Part shown: positions 63,363 through 64,000 of the stretch, piece after piece
How positions within the stretch are numbered: the first letter of the stretch is position 1
How the letters are laid out: each line of letters opens with the position of its first letter
Origin: Candidatus Zixiibacteriota bacterium
Lineage (GTDB): Bacteria > Zixibacteria > MSB-5A5 > GN15 > FEB-12
Assembly (NCBI GenBank): GCA_040752815.1
Contig: JBFMGC010000002.1
Location: forward strand, 35,490-99,489
Direction: 5' to 3'
DNA length: 64,000 bases
The notes under the pieces: model-generated
Databases searched by the model: none
What the model was told of the DNA's origin: nothing
The model's input: only the letters and a program-made list of their open reading frames with translations
Program-made: the position numbers and the translations under genes

Positions 63363-63697
63363 TTCTCGGTGCGGTCAACCTCAAAGCGAATGGGTGTCGG
63401 ATCATTGGAATCGTAGGTCCAAGTCACTATCGTTCAGATGCTTGCCTACTCGGCAGAGGACCTTGGGTCGGCCACATGTATCGGCGCCCGGCCCCTGTTT
63501 ACAGTTTTGTGGCTCTGATTATAGTTGGAGATCGGATAGTTGTTAGTTACAATGGAAAAGACAATTACTGACCCCAACTGAAGAGAGCGACTCCGAACGC
63601 GATACATCCTTTGCCGCAATAAGACCTCCTGCCCCGGCAGTCCTGCTAACCTCCAAGTAACCAGAACTATCTGCTCGGATACTTCCCGCCGTGCCAT

Positions 63698-64000
63698 ATG
63701 CCTGGTGGAAAGAAGTGTCCGATCGTGCTATCCGCAAAACTGAGTCCGTTGGTCATTGGCAATAAGATCGCCCCGCTGCCGATAGTGCAGGGCGGAATGG
63801 GCGTGGGCATCTCATTATCCGGTCTGGCTTCGGCTGTGGCAAACATGGGCGGTGTAGGCGTGATCGCCGCGGCCGGTATCGGCATGTACGAGAGCGACTT
63901 TTATACCAACTATCTTCAGGCCAACACTCGCGCGCTGGCAAGTGAAATCCGCAAAGCCAAACTGCTGACCGGCGGCATTCTCGGACTGAACATCATGGTG
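63698..64000 (+). CDS. nitronate monooxygenase / enoyl-ACP reductase II (FabK-like) family, 3' end off window
   Basis: Absent from the track because there is no stop in the window. My translation from ATG 63698 gives MPGGKKCPIVLSAKLSPLVIGNKIAPLPIVQGGMGVGISLSGLASAVANMGGVGVIAAAG..., with the PIVQGGMG motif typical of the NPD/NMO family. Confidence 0.7.
   Translation, partial: MPGGKKCPIVLSAKLSPLVIGNKIAPLPIVQGGMGVGISLSGLASAVANMGGVGVIAAAGIGMYESDFYTNYLQANTRALASEIRKAKLLTGGILGLNIMV

Noticed and set aside
1-64000. tRNA, rRNA, tmRNA, RNase P, transposase, integrase or prophage genes
   Set aside because: I scanned the intergenic regions for T-loop-like GGTTCGA motifs and scanned the ORF products for DDE, tyrosine-recombinase, serine-recombinase or phage structural signatures. 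None was recognised. A tRNAscan-SE/Infernal run would be needed to exclude small RNAs formally.

Overview
This is a 64-kb, high-GC chromosomal segment from a Gram-negative, LPS-making bacterium. Domain flavours (tandem lamin-tail domains, an FlgD-like C-terminus, a PorV-like barrel, a CC-x-G dockerin-like tail) suggest an uncultivated FCB-group lineage, but that is inference only. I call about 67 protein genes, most on the minus strand and tightly packed, often with 4-nt overlaps.

Most are housekeeping or envelope genes:
- Replication, RNA and translation: holA, dgt, rnr, lysS, coaD, archease and rtcB.
- Cell shape, motility and lipid synthesis: mreB, pilT, accB, an MCP.
- LPS and heptose: kdsA-kdsC-kdsD, lptC-like, lpxL-like, and separate hldA and hldC.
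- Regulation and stress: two ECF sigma/anti-sigma pairs, a sigma-54 activator, PspC plus a LiaF-like protein, and two Spy/ZraP-like periplasmic proteins.
- Other: a GH57 branching-enzyme operon and ccmF.

I recognised no rRNA, tRNA, CRISPR array, transposase, integrase or prophage gene.

The larger intergenic regions are filled with several families of GC-rich hairpin (REP-like) repeats.

I found no unambiguous novel multi-gene system. The best candidates for follow-up are:
1. A low-GC orphan gene (14715-16058) encoding a coiled-coil protein with a C-terminal 2-TM domain, bounded by repeat arrays.
2. A natural MutS-MutE (B12 glutamate-mutase-like) fusion in an operon with an Asp/Glu-family racemase (58700-61416), lacking the usual pathway partners.
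3. A sigma-54 activator followed by three secreted or outer-membrane proteins (6744-12292).
4. A 23-codon lysine-rich mini-ORF with a perfect Shine-Dalgarno sequence and its own terminator (50882-51032).
5. A membrane-protein gene flanked by direct repeats (48799-50225).

All family assignments come from motif recognition by eye. No searches were run.
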